Assembly: GCA_964408285.1 (NCBI GenBank)
Contig: CAYOYV010000007.1
Coordinates: 1 to 64,000, forward strand
DNA length: 64,000 bases
Reading direction: 5' to 3'
From: an uncultured Nitrososphaerota archaeon
GTDB taxonomy: Archaea > Thermoproteota > EX4484-205 > JAAOZO01
A model generated the notes under the pieces. It worked only from the letters and a program-made list of their open reading frames with translations, made no database searches and had not been told where the DNA came from. This document shows, piece by piece, positions 38,757 through 48,641 of this stretch. The translations under genes and the position numbers were made by a program. How positions within the stretch are numbered: the stretch's first letter is position 1; each line of letters begins with the position of its first letter.

Positions 38757-38788
38757 GATCGTTCACAACCGTTCATGATCGTTCACAA
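38757..38788. promoter_or_regulatory. Triple CGTTCA direct repeat with exact 10-bp period
   Basis: GATCGTTCACAACCGTTCATGATCGTTCACAA, ~90 bp upstream of 37491-38666. Confidence 0.6.
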
Positions 38789-39268
38789 AGGGAAAACCAG
38801 CCCTCTTAGCCAGAAAATCTGAGGTTCGGAGATGCTGATTTTTCGTTTAAAACGTTGCGAAACTAAATTCTCCTCACGCAATCCTATAATGTCCACCCTG
38901 ATGTTCTTTCGGCAAATCTTCCTTATGATCTCCTCTTGAATACAAGTACCGGATATTATGTTCTAGGAACATGAGGCACCTTTCGTATATTCTGCTGGTC
39001 TCGACTTGCCCCCACTCGTGTATATGTCTGTCGAGGGTATGAATCCGAATCTCATTTTCCTCATCCGATTTCCATATGATTACAATCCCACAGCATCAAG
39101 AAGATCATCTATCAGAACCACAAAGTCAGTGGTGGTCCTCTTCCTAACCTCTGGCATCATATAGATGCGGGATTCCCGTCATCTGCCCCGGGACTGTGCA
39201 GTTGTGTTGGTCGATCTCCCATCTCTGTTGTCGTAAGCGGAAAGACTGATATTTACTCGACGGGAATC

Positions 39269-40609
39269 ATGCGTCCAGGTGGGAGAGCTGAATTGCTGAC
39301 TAGGACGGGGAAATTGATATACGCGATGGGCAGGCTTGGATCATCCGCGCTGCTTTCGCTCATTGACCTTGCAACGTTCTGGCTTTACCTGGACTTTTTC
39401 GGCCTAGGAGGAATGCTGGTCGGTATTTCGTTTGCGATTGGAAAGCTCGTGATCGCCTTTTTTGGTTGGTACTTCGGATATCTGAGTGACATAACTAGGT
39501 CGAAGGCGTGGGGGAGGCGCCGGCCGTACATCCTAGCAGGCTGCTTATTGCTGGCCTTCTCGACTGCCATGCTGTTCTTGCCCGACTATTTCATCAACAT
39601 CAAGGATCAATTGGGCCTGTTTCTGTACGCGACCGTCTTCCTCAGTCTTGCCAACCTCAGCTACGGGCTCCTGAGCACTCCGTATATGGCGTGGCTTGCA
39701 GAAATTGCCGATCCGGAGGAAAGGGTTGAAGTGTCAGCGTATCAAAATGTCTTTGGCATGTTGGCCCAAGTTGTTGGAACATTGATTGGGTTTGCGCTGC
39801 CTGCGCTTCGAGCAGGTGGTGCTTCTCAGGTATTGTGGATTCTGCTCGGGCTCGGTGGCCTTGAGATCTTCCTCTACGCTCCAGCACTTCTTACGATAAA
39901 GGAAAAGGAGCGGCCCCTCCCGAGACCCAACGTTCGCAGAGAGATCGCGGTCGTTCTCGGAAACAAGAACTACAGGAACTGGCTTTTACTTCAGGGAATG
40001 ATGTCAATGCCCACTGCAATCTTGGCAAGCCTGATAATGAGCTACCTTCAGAAGGTTCTCATGGTCGTTGGGACTGAATTCATGCTCATAGGCGCACTAA
40101 TGTTGCTCTTAGAGGCAATATTCTTTCCCATCTGGACAAGGATATCACGACGGATCGGGAAGAAGCTGCCCCTGACAACTTCCTTAGTCGTCTTGACTTT
40201 GTCCTTGCCCTTGACAATGATCCTAGGGCAACCAGTTCTCGGATTCATTCCGGACCTATTTCAGGCCTTTCTGTTCATCTCACTGATTGCGATTGGGATC
40301 TCTGGTTGGTACCTTCTTCCAAATCCTGTCACTGCTGATATCGCCCACCAGGACGAAATACTTGGAGGAGAGGCAAGGGCAGGTAGTTACGGCGGGCTGA
40401 TTTCCATTCCGCTGAACGTGCTTCAGGCGCTTGCTCGTTTCATAGCGGGTTCCATTGCAGAGCTACCGATTGTCGCAGGTCAGAATTACTCCTACGGATT
40501 GTTAATTTGGGGTCCGGTCTCCTCTTTGTTGTTGATACCTAACCTGATAGTCCTAATCAAATATGTGGAAACTGACCCCCTGCGAAAGAAGCCATCTCAG
40601 AGTAATTGA
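39269..40609 (+). CDS. MFS transporter, glycoside-pentoside-hexuronide type
   Basis: GYLSD.TRS..WGRRRPYIL; ~12 TM helices. Confidence 0.9.
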   Translation: MRPGGRAELLTRTGKLIYAMGRLGSSALLSLIDLATFWLYLDFFGLGGMLVGISFAIGKLVIAFFGWYFGYLSDITRSKAWGRRRPYILAGCLLLAFSTAMLFLPDYFINIKDQLGLFLYATVFLSLANLSYGLLSTPYMAWLAEIADPEERVEVSAYQNVFGMLAQVVGTLIGFALPALRAGGASQVLWILLGLGGLEIFLYAPALLTIKEKERPLPRPNVRREIAVVLGNKNYRNWLLLQGMMSMPTAILASLIMSYLQKVLMVVGTEFMLIGALMLLLEAIFFPIWTRISRRIGKKLPLTTSLVVLTLSLPLTMILGQPVLGFIPDLFQAFLFISLIAIGISGWYLLPNPVTADIAHQDEILGGEARAGSYGGLISIPLNVLQALARFIAGSIAELPIVAGQNYSYGLLIWGPVSSLLLIPNLIVLIKYVETDPLRKKPSQSN

Positions 40610-40717
40610 AGACTAGGTCTTGCCAGCGCACGTGATAATCTCTTCGGGAGAGCCCGTCTGTGAGTATCACGGGCAAATGCGGGTGCAGAATCTGAGAGTA
40701 GACTCCATGTCTAACTT

Positions 40718-41137
40718 CTATTTGCTTTTTGGGAATTTGGGCGGATGTTTCTTCCTCCACTCAGCTTGTCTCTTGGCCAACCATTCATAGTTCTCCAATA
40801 ACTCCGGCCAATTCAGTTCTTTCTGCATGCCCTTGATTATTGGTTCCGTTTTGTCCCAGCCTATCGCGCGCGCCGTACGAAATAGGTCGAAAGTCAAGTC
40901 CTCATTTAGCACCTTGTGGTACAATAAGACCCCAAGCAACTCATAGTAAATGCCAATTCTTATGATGTTCATCTGTCCGTCACTTCCCGGTGGATACTTC
41001 TCCTTGAATTCCTCATAGCTCTTGACAGGGGGCATTTCCAATAACCAACCCAGGGCCCTCATGACAGCCTCATTCCCGTAGAGTGTCTCAAAGAACTGAA
41101 GGAGCAACTGAGCGTCTGCTTTATTGGGTTTTGGCAA
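40718..41137 (-). CDS. DUF4760-like protein
   Basis: YYELLGVL...LNEDL...LENYEWLA pattern; GAGGTGA RBS upstream. Confidence 0.65.
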   Translation of the reverse strand: MPKPNKADAQLLLQFFETLYGNEAVMRALGWLLEMPPVKSYEEFKEKYPPGSDGQMNIIRIGIYYELLGVLLYHKVLNEDLTFDLFRTARAIGWDKTEPIIKGMQKELNWPELLENYEWLAKRQAEWRKKHPPKFPKSK

Positions 41138-41288
41138 TACACCCTCACCTCTTCAATACATGGATGAATAACCTGTGACACGATATAACTTTGTACGATT
41201 CGTTGTGCGAGCGTGAGTATATTGCCAATTACCGGACCTGAACCTCCTGAAGGCCTTTTGCAGAACGAATTCATCTGAAAAGCGGTCT

Positions 41289-42212
41289 ATGCCTCTCAAT
41301 CAGCTCGTCCAGACGAAACTCGTCACTTCTTATATCCTCCACGCAATCACCGGAAGGAGAGGAAGCATCTTGCGACATCTCGAGCAATATGCCAAGTCAC
41401 CGTTCGAATGGCCTCTAATTCTCCTCTTCCTAGTGCTGGCATCAACCATAACGATAGTACTCCTCGATCGGTCAATGCCACAGAAAACAATCGACATAGC
41501 CATATACTCAGACGCCGGCACTTGGGGCGAATCGGTACAAGCAACACAGAAGATGTTCCAGTGGATGGGCTACACTGTTGAGATGGTCAAGGCAAAAGAC
41601 ATCAACGAACCAAATTTCCTCAACAGGTTCCGTATCCTTTGCGTCCCTGGCGGAGACATGTACCAGTACTCTCAAGACATTTCTCCGAACGGCAGAGAGA
41701 AGATCAGGGACTTTGTTCGAAGCGGTCACGGCTACATTGGGATCTGTGGAGGAGCCTACTATGCAAACGAAGAAGTCATCTGGAGAGGAAGCAAACTCCC
41801 GATGACTCCATTGGGCTTATTACAAGGAACGGCGATAGGTCCTCTCAATGAAATCGTTGAATATCCGAACTATGCAATGGTCGACATTCGTATGGCTGAT
41901 TCCGGGCATCCAATAACGCGTGAAGAGTCCAGTCCAGCATGGATTCTATATTACTGGGGCCCGACTTTCGTAATTGATGACGAGCATAACATCAGTATCC
42001 TCGGAAGATATGCACGGACGAATCAGACCGCAATTGTGGCCCTTGCATACGGTAGAGGAAGAGTGTTTCTCATTGGCACTCACCCCGAGATCGAGGAGGA
42101 CAGCGATAGAGATGGTGTGACATTCGGTGATGAATTGGAGGATAAGGGGTCTGACTGGGAATTGATGAAGAAAGCCGTCGTCTGGTGCTTGGAGGCCGAA
42201 CCTTCCTCGTGA
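41289..42212 (+). CDS. BPL_N / class I glutamine-amidotransferase-like protein; start uncertain
   Basis: VPGGD, GYIGICGGAY, HPE. Confidence 0.85.
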   Translation: MPLNQLVQTKLVTSYILHAITGRRGSILRHLEQYAKSPFEWPLILLFLVLASTITIVLLDRSMPQKTIDIAIYSDAGTWGESVQATQKMFQWMGYTVEMVKAKDINEPNFLNRFRILCVPGGDMYQYSQDISPNGREKIRDFVRSGHGYIGICGGAYYANEEVIWRGSKLPMTPLGLLQGTAIGPLNEIVEYPNYAMVDIRMADSGHPITREESSPAWILYYWGPTFVIDDEHNISILGRYARTNQTAIVALAYGRGRVFLIGTHPEIEEDSDRDGVTFGDELEDKGSDWELMKKAVVWCLEAEPSS

Positions 42213-42228
42213 CAGGTCCAGTGGGAAC

Positions 42229-44265
42229 TCACTCGATCTCTGTGTAGGTGATGAGCAGGGATCCAGGAGCACTTTCGATCGTTACATCTAGCCCCTCGTC
42301 GAGATCTCCGAGAAGGAGATTTTGCCTTGAGCTATCTCCTTCAACGATTACACCGTAGAAAGCACCTGAACGAAGACCTTTCGGTTTCAGTTTCAGAGTC
42401 TGGCTAGGGGACTCTGGTCGACGAAAGACAAGGATCATGCCCTGATGGAGATCCTCCCTATGGAACTGATAGGCCATCCAAGTATTGTCTGCAATGCTGT
42501 AAGGCGTTAGAGGATAGAAGTCGCCAAAGAAGAAGTGCCTGATGCGCTTGAAATCCTCTATCAGACGGATTGCTTTCTCCCTTGGAAAAGATTCTGCAAT
42601 GTCCACTTGGAATGGAAGGGTCCGTAGTGAAGGGATTTCGGGTTGGAAAGGATTCCAGTCTAAGACCACCCCGCTGTTTATCGAACTCCTGAACGAGTAG
42701 AGCTCAGGATAGCCGCTGCCGGTGCTAGTTGAAGGCAGGTATAGGCTGATTCCGTAAGTGTGACATTGATATCCATTGGGCTCGAAGTAATTGTAGTCCG
42801 TTCGCCAAAGAGCAACGCTCCTTGAAACGGTTTCCAGGTCTATTCGTCTCCCTCCAGAAGCACAATTGTCTATTATCAGGTTCGGGTTTCTCGTCAGAAG
42901 CTCATCCCAGAGAGTGTAGAGCCCCTCGATGTGTCGAATCTCAGTCATACCCTGTCTGTCAGGTTCGTCTGTAGCCCTCCAGTACGGAAGAGGGTCCATA
43001 TTGAAGTCCTGTCGATACACTTCTATTCCTTCGTTCTTTATCATATCCGATATGTGCTGGAACAACCATTTCCTGGCGCCTTCGTTCCCGAGATTCAGTA
43101 ATCCATTGGGATTGTCCTGTAATTTCAGCACCCATTCGGGGTGCTCGCGATCCAACCAGGTGCCCTGATGTACACGCTCTGGCTCGAACCACAGTATTAG
43201 GCCCAATCGCATTCTTCTGAGCGCTTCTGATACGGATTTCATCCCCTTCGGGAATCTATTGCGATCGATGAACCAGTTCCCTACACCATTTGGCCAACCA
43301 CCTTCAAACCAGCCAGCGTCAATCCAGTGGTACTCCACGCCAAGAGGTGCGAAGCGAGAGGCGAAATCGATCTGATTCTGCTCGGTGGCCCTGTTCGATT
43401 CTTGGTACAGCGAACCAGAACTGCAGGCAAGCATGAGAGTAACGGGTTTGCCATACTTCTTCGGCATGTGATGAGCGAGTATGAAGCGCCTGAGGAGATT
43501 GTGCCCCTGAATGTGGTCTTGTCCCTTCCAGAAGAGGAGCAAAATGCTAGGAGTTCGAATCTCTTCATTTGGATGAAGCTTCAGATGAGTCAGCTCCATT
43601 CCCGCCGTGATGCGTAGCTCAGTCCCCCTGGTAAAAGAGGTCGCCCATTGACCCGACCAACCTAGAGCCAGCACAACACCTCCTTCCTCCACGCCCTCAA
43701 TATTGAAGAATGGCAGGGCTGTTGTATTCGAAGATCTCCCCCCAATTGGTGCAAGCTGTAATTCAAATCCGGGCCTCATTGCGTCATCGATAGGTGCGAA
43801 GTCATTCTTTGCAGCTGAGCTTCCGAGCGCGCGATGAAGGATCGGGTCCTGTCCGTCTCTGCTCCTGAAAGAACAATCGAGAACCTGTATGCGCTCGACT
43901 ATGGGGGTGTCCTTGTCTGAGGTGTTCCTCAACTTCATCACCCATTCAATCGCAGGGAAGTCACCAAATAGAAGACAGTCACACGAGATTTGCAGCTTCG
44001 TCTCTGGGTCGAGATATGTGAAGGTGTGTTGCGTCCGTTGCTGGCTGAGGTTCCTCGATGAATGCTCCTGCTTCCAATCCTTGATTATCTCCTTGCTTTG
44101 CCTTCCGTCATAGATGAATGAGAAAGGGGCCATGTCACTTCTAAAGTGAGAAGACATCCAAGCCTCTGCAAAATTCGCCTCCAACGCCCACCGATTCCCT
44201 CCATATGGTGCAGGAAGGTTTGGAAAAGCTTTTGCCGGGTCGCCATGATGCTGGAGTAGGCTCAC
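42229..44265 (-). CDS. GH36-like alpha-galactosidase
   Basis: WIDAGWF, LWFEPE, QDFN, NCASGGRRID. Confidence 0.9.
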   Translation of the reverse strand: MSLLQHHGDPAKAFPNLPAPYGGNRWALEANFAEAWMSSHFRSDMAPFSFIYDGRQSKEIIKDWKQEHSSRNLSQQRTQHTFTYLDPETKLQISCDCLLFGDFPAIEWVMKLRNTSDKDTPIVERIQVLDCSFRSRDGQDPILHRALGSSAAKNDFAPIDDAMRPGFELQLAPIGGRSSNTTALPFFNIEGVEEGGVVLALGWSGQWATSFTRGTELRITAGMELTHLKLHPNEEIRTPSILLLFWKGQDHIQGHNLLRRFILAHHMPKKYGKPVTLMLACSSGSLYQESNRATEQNQIDFASRFAPLGVEYHWIDAGWFEGGWPNGVGNWFIDRNRFPKGMKSVSEALRRMRLGLILWFEPERVHQGTWLDREHPEWVLKLQDNPNGLLNLGNEGARKWLFQHISDMIKNEGIEVYRQDFNMDPLPYWRATDEPDRQGMTEIRHIEGLYTLWDELLTRNPNLIIDNCASGGRRIDLETVSRSVALWRTDYNYFEPNGYQCHTYGISLYLPSTSTGSGYPELYSFRSSINSGVVLDWNPFQPEIPSLRTLPFQVDIAESFPREKAIRLIEDFKRIRHFFFGDFYPLTPYSIADNTWMAYQFHREDLHQGMILVFRRPESPSQTLKLKPKGLRSGAFYGVIVEGDSSRQNLLLGDLDEGLDVTIESAPGSLLITYTEIE

Positions 44266-44350
44266 ACATGGAAGGGCGAATCAGCGCAGTAGAGTATGTT
44301 CTTCCTGGTTCTCGGCATTTCGTATCTCTATGTGCGTCTGCTGAACTAGC

Positions 44351-45754
44351 CTAGCTCACGAGCCTCACTTCTGACATTCCACGGCCCACTCCTACGCCCC
44401 GGAAAGCAAAACCGGCCTTCTTGCATCCCCCTGGATCAAAGACATTCCTGCCGTCAACTATGACAGCAGTAGCGAGGAGTCCTTTAAGTTGGTTCAGATC
44501 GATCTTCCCGTATTGCTTATGATTAGTGACCACAGCTATGCAGTCCTTTCCTCTCATCGCCCCTTCCAAATCGTTCGTCAGGGCTACTCCCTCGTACTCC
44601 TTTACGAAAGGGTCATGAACTATGACCTCCTTGCAGACTCCGGTCAGGAGATTGTAGAGGGGTAGTGCGGGGGTGTTTCTCGTATCGTCTGAATCATTTA
44701 TGAAAGCCATACCTAGGATGCAGATTCTTGCATCCTGAATTCTCACTCCTTTTTCGTGCAGGGCTTCCTCAATCAGAGCCCTCATGTGCTTTGGCATGGA
44801 ATCATTCAACCTTCTGCTCTCCATCAGTATCTTCGGCGTGAACTCGAAAGAACCGTAGGCATCAAGACCGTATTTCAATAACCACGGATCCTTTGGCATA
44901 CAATGACCTCCGACCCCTGCCCCGGGGACATGCATCATCCTGAGCGGATTTCTAGAGGGATCGGAAGGATCATTAGGAAGCGAATTCACCAAACGTCTGA
45001 CCTCGTGCACGTTTACGCCAAGGCTCTCGCAGATCATTGCGATTTCGTTCGCGAATGCGATGTTGACATCCCTGTAGGTATTCTCTGTGAGCTTGGCCAC
45101 TTCCGCAGTCAGGCAGTCGGTTGGGAACAGCTCCGCCTTGACAATGTTCTTGTACAATCCGATTCCGCGTCTAGCACACTCAGGAGTCAGACCCCCAATC
45201 ACCCTCGGCATGTAAATCATGTTGTGAAGCAAGCGCCCGACCATGACTCGTTCATAGGAGTAAACGAGATTGAAATCCGCGCCCGCTTTCATTCCGGAGA
45301 GGCCCTCAAGAATTGGTCTTACAACATGATTGGTTGTCCCGGGCGCTACGGTTGACTCGATGACCACTATCGTTCCTTTCGGCATGTACCTCCCAACCTC
45401 CTCAGACACTGCCTTCAGCGAGGAATATTGAGGCACATGATCTGTATCAACGGGTGTCTGAACATCCACTAGGATCGCGTCGGCCTTTCGGCAAACGGAG
45501 AAATCCTCAGTCACCTTGAAGCTGCCCTTCTTCACAGCTTTTTGGATGAGTTCCTCCAGGCCGGGTTCCTCTCCTCCAATGGGGGACCTGCCTGTGTTGA
45601 GGTAGTCGATCTTCCAGCCAGATCTCTTCGATCTTCTTTGCACCCCAGTGACGTTGAAGTCTTCGACGTTCGCGAAAAGCGCTGCGGCCGGAATTCCAAC
45701 GTACCCCATACCTATGACGACGATTTCCAATTTCGTTAATACCTCACGCGCCAC
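44351..45754 (-). CDS. Nucleotide-sugar (UDP-HexNAc-type) dehydrogenase
   Basis: GMGYVG, ESTVAPG, KLTENTYRDVNIA, GGHC. Confidence 0.93.
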   Translation of the reverse strand: MAREVLTKLEIVVIGMGYVGIPAAALFANVEDFNVTGVQRRSKRSGWKIDYLNTGRSPIGGEEPGLEELIQKAVKKGSFKVTEDFSVCRKADAILVDVQTPVDTDHVPQYSSLKAVSEEVGRYMPKGTIVVIESTVAPGTTNHVVRPILEGLSGMKAGADFNLVYSYERVMVGRLLHNMIYMPRVIGGLTPECARRGIGLYKNIVKAELFPTDCLTAEVAKLTENTYRDVNIAFANEIAMICESLGVNVHEVRRLVNSLPNDPSDPSRNPLRMMHVPGAGVGGHCMPKDPWLLKYGLDAYGSFEFTPKILMESRRLNDSMPKHMRALIEEALHEKGVRIQDARICILGMAFINDSDDTRNTPALPLYNLLTGVCKEVIVHDPFVKEYEGVALTNDLEGAMRGKDCIAVVTNHKQYGKIDLNQLKGLLATAVIVDGRNVFDPGGCKKAGFAFRGVGVGRGMSEVRLVS

Positions 45755-45947
45755 AACTGAAGATTGTGCTTGGCTTTAAATCAAACGCCTTCTCGACACA
45801 GAATACAGTTACTCGTCTATTGCCCGCGTTCGTTCCTTTTGGCATAACAGTATGTCGTGTGATTTGTTCGCGATAGGTTTCCCTAGTCAATTCGAGTTGT
45901 CACAAGTAATCTTATTACGTCTCATGCAAATCCGAACCGTAAGTTGA

Positions 45948-46934
45948 TTGACCGACGGAATGGATGAATCAAGGGATCTGCCGGAGCAGGTTGTAAGATC
46001 GAGGACTGGTTTTGCAAAACCCGAGCAGCTCGGTGGCCACTCGGTCGCCAGATATGATGATGCGTTCACACTGGAATCCTGGGGTACCTTCCAGATCACA
46101 GTATACTATCCGGCGTTGATCACCGGTGAACCAGCCCTTCCTGAAAGAGCAGCCGCCCCGTGTCCGGCCATAGTATTCTCTCCCGGTTATGCCGCAACCA
46201 AAGATATGTACACTTGGTTTGGCAATCATCTGTCCACTCACGGATACATAATCGTTGTCTTCTCAGCGCCAAAAAGGATGAGTTACAATCCGCAGCAAAG
46301 AGTGGATGGCTTCCTCAGAGCAATAGATTACTTACTGGAGAAAAATGCCGCGAAAGGCAGCCCACTGGAGAATATGATCGACACAACGCACATAGGTACG
46401 GCTGGACATTCGTTGGGTGCTATGTCAAACCTGATCGTTCTGTCTCAAGATGCAAGGATCCGAGCTGGAGTGGCTCTGTCTCCAGCCTGTAGATTCGGCA
46501 CCGGAATCATCTCACGTGCCTCGAATAGGGCAGTATTTGACCGGATAAGAATGGCATGTGATAGGATCAGCGCTCCGATTCAGATCCAAGTTGGTAGTCT
46601 GGATTCGCTGGCTCCTCCCGCGAACGCCTACCTCTGTTACAAATACATCGCGGCATCAAGTAAGCAATACGTGGAGATCAGTCGTGGCAATCACTTCAAT
46701 TATGTCGATGAATGGATAACAACGCGGCGCGGCGCATACGCCTTGCGGGGAATGCTGGGCAGAAGAAATGGCGTGAACATACAAGAGCAACATCTAATTG
46801 CCAGTAGATATTTCACAGCTTGGTTCAACTATCACCTGAAGGGAGACTCCAACTACCATGGCTATCTATACGGTTCAGAAGCCAAGAAAGACCTCGAGCA
46901 GGGTATTCTGTCAAGGCTTGAATGGAATGGGTAA
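45948..46934 (+). CDS. Alpha/beta hydrolase, cutinase/chlorophyllase-like
   Basis: SPGY, HGY.V, GHSLG, D (SLDSLA), GNHF. Confidence 0.85.
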   Translation: MTDGMDESRDLPEQVVRSRTGFAKPEQLGGHSVARYDDAFTLESWGTFQITVYYPALITGEPALPERAAAPCPAIVFSPGYAATKDMYTWFGNHLSTHGYIIVVFSAPKRMSYNPQQRVDGFLRAIDYLLEKNAAKGSPLENMIDTTHIGTAGHSLGAMSNLIVLSQDARIRAGVALSPACRFGTGIISRASNRAVFDRIRMACDRISAPIQIQVGSLDSLAPPANAYLCYKYIAASSKQYVEISRGNHFNYVDEWITTRRGAYALRGMLGRRNGVNIQEQHLIASRYFTAWFNYHLKGDSNYHGYLYGSEAKKDLEQGILSRLEWNG

Positions 46935-46942
46935 TCCTAGTC

Positions 46943-48634
46943 CTACCGGTTTTGGTCCTCCCTGCTTCTTAGTTCCCTTCTGACAACTTTCCCGAACACA
47001 TCTTTGGGTAGCTCCTCAACGAATTCCACTTCCTTTGGAATCTTGTAGGGAGCGAGTTTATCGCGGCACCAATCGATCACGTCCTGTTTTGTGATGCTTT
47101 TGACATAATCGTGTCTTGGCACTATGAAGGCCTTGACAATCTGACCATATTCCGGGAATCTGGCCCCAATACCGACGACGGCGACTTCTTTTATTGCCTT
47201 GTGCTCACTGATAACAGTCTCGACCTCTCCGGGGAATATGGGATATCCTTTGTACTTTATGACATCTGTCTTCCTCTCTACCATGTAGAAGTATCCGTCA
47301 TTATCCACGTAACCTATGTCCTGAGTTCTCAGCCACTTCCTCCCCCCAATATATGCGAAGGCCTTTGGGTACCTGTGCCCGTCATTCCAATAACCCTTCA
47401 TCACCTGAGGACCGGACACCAATATTTCCCCCAGCTCGCCGACCTTTGCGAATTCGTCCTCGTCCGGATCAGCTATTGCGACCATGACTCCGGGCAGTGG
47501 GATCCCAACGGATCCTTTTTTCTCCCTACCTCCAACTGGAATCCCTGTTGCTGGAGTTGCCTCGGTCAGTGCATATCCCTCTGTGATATCAGCTCCCGTC
47601 AGCTGCTTCCATTCATCCTTGAGATTCTGAGGGGTATGGTCAGATCCGCACGCGCATAGCTTCAATGAGGAGAGATCGTATTTTCCCCTCTTGATTGGTT
47701 CAATAAGTATCCTGAAGAAGGCTGGGACTCCGAATAGCATGCTTATCTTGTACTTCTCTATATATCTGAGCAATTCCTTGGATTCTGGCCTAGTAATGAC
47801 CACGAGGGTCTGTCCCATGCTCAGTCCACCTGTCATAATGACATTCTGGCCATACATGTGAGAAAATGGCAGATATGCCAACAGGTGTGTGCTTGTATCG
47901 AATGCACCTCCTGAGGCCGCCTTCACCTGCGCAATGCTGGCCACAATGTTGTAATGTGTCAGCGATGTTCCCTTGGCTGCACCGGTTGTGCCTGAAGTAT
48001 ACAGTATCGATGCAACGTCCTGTCCGGGATCTATGCTGACAGGGGGATACTCAACTGGCTTCCTCTTGACAAGATCCTCGAAGAAGTAGGGCCGCTCCTT
48101 CTTGGGGATATTTGCTCTGGGTACCTTTTTCAATATTATGGATAACGTCCTCGTGAAGCTTGGCATGAAATGCAGGATGTCCGAAAGGATGACTCTCCGA
48201 ATTCCAAGCTCATCTATTATGGGCTTGATCTTCTGATAGAGCAGATCGATCATGATGATGCTTTCTGCTCCGGAATCCTCAAGCTGTCCCCTCACTTCCC
48301 TCGGCGAGAACAGGAAGCTGACGGCGGTTGGAATTGCGCCCAGCTTTTGGAGAGCATAGTAAGAAATCACGAATTGTGGACAGTTCGGGAGGTAAATCGC
48401 CGCAACGGAATTCTTTCTTACCCCCAGATCGTACAGAGCCGATGCCATTTTCTCAATATATGTTCCTAGTTGCTCATAGCTCATCTTGCTTCCATGATAG
48501 ATCAATGCGGTCTTGTGGCCGTGGCTTCTGATAGAGGCTTCTATTAGATCGGTTACCGGAATTTGGGGCACCTCAACTTCGTGGGGAATACCTCGAGGAT
48601 AATGCTTCAACCATGGCTTCTCTGGATAACTCAT
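46943..48634 (-). CDS. Long-chain fatty acid-CoA ligase family
   Basis: YTSGTTG, EGYALTE, GPQVMKGYW, LAPYKIP. Confidence 0.93.
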   Translation of the reverse strand: MSYPEKPWLKHYPRGIPHEVEVPQIPVTDLIEASIRSHGHKTALIYHGSKMSYEQLGTYIEKMASALYDLGVRKNSVAAIYLPNCPQFVISYYALQKLGAIPTAVSFLFSPREVRGQLEDSGAESIIMIDLLYQKIKPIIDELGIRRVILSDILHFMPSFTRTLSIILKKVPRANIPKKERPYFFEDLVKRKPVEYPPVSIDPGQDVASILYTSGTTGAAKGTSLTHYNIVASIAQVKAASGGAFDTSTHLLAYLPFSHMYGQNVIMTGGLSMGQTLVVITRPESKELLRYIEKYKISMLFGVPAFFRILIEPIKRGKYDLSSLKLCACGSDHTPQNLKDEWKQLTGADITEGYALTEATPATGIPVGGREKKGSVGIPLPGVMVAIADPDEDEFAKVGELGEILVSGPQVMKGYWNDGHRYPKAFAYIGGRKWLRTQDIGYVDNDGYFYMVERKTDVIKYKGYPIFPGEVETVISEHKAIKEVAVVGIGARFPEYGQIVKAFIVPRHDYVKSITKQDVIDWCRDKLAPYKIPKEVEFVEELPKDVFGKVVRRELRSREDQNR

Positions 48635-48641
48635 GCTGTCG

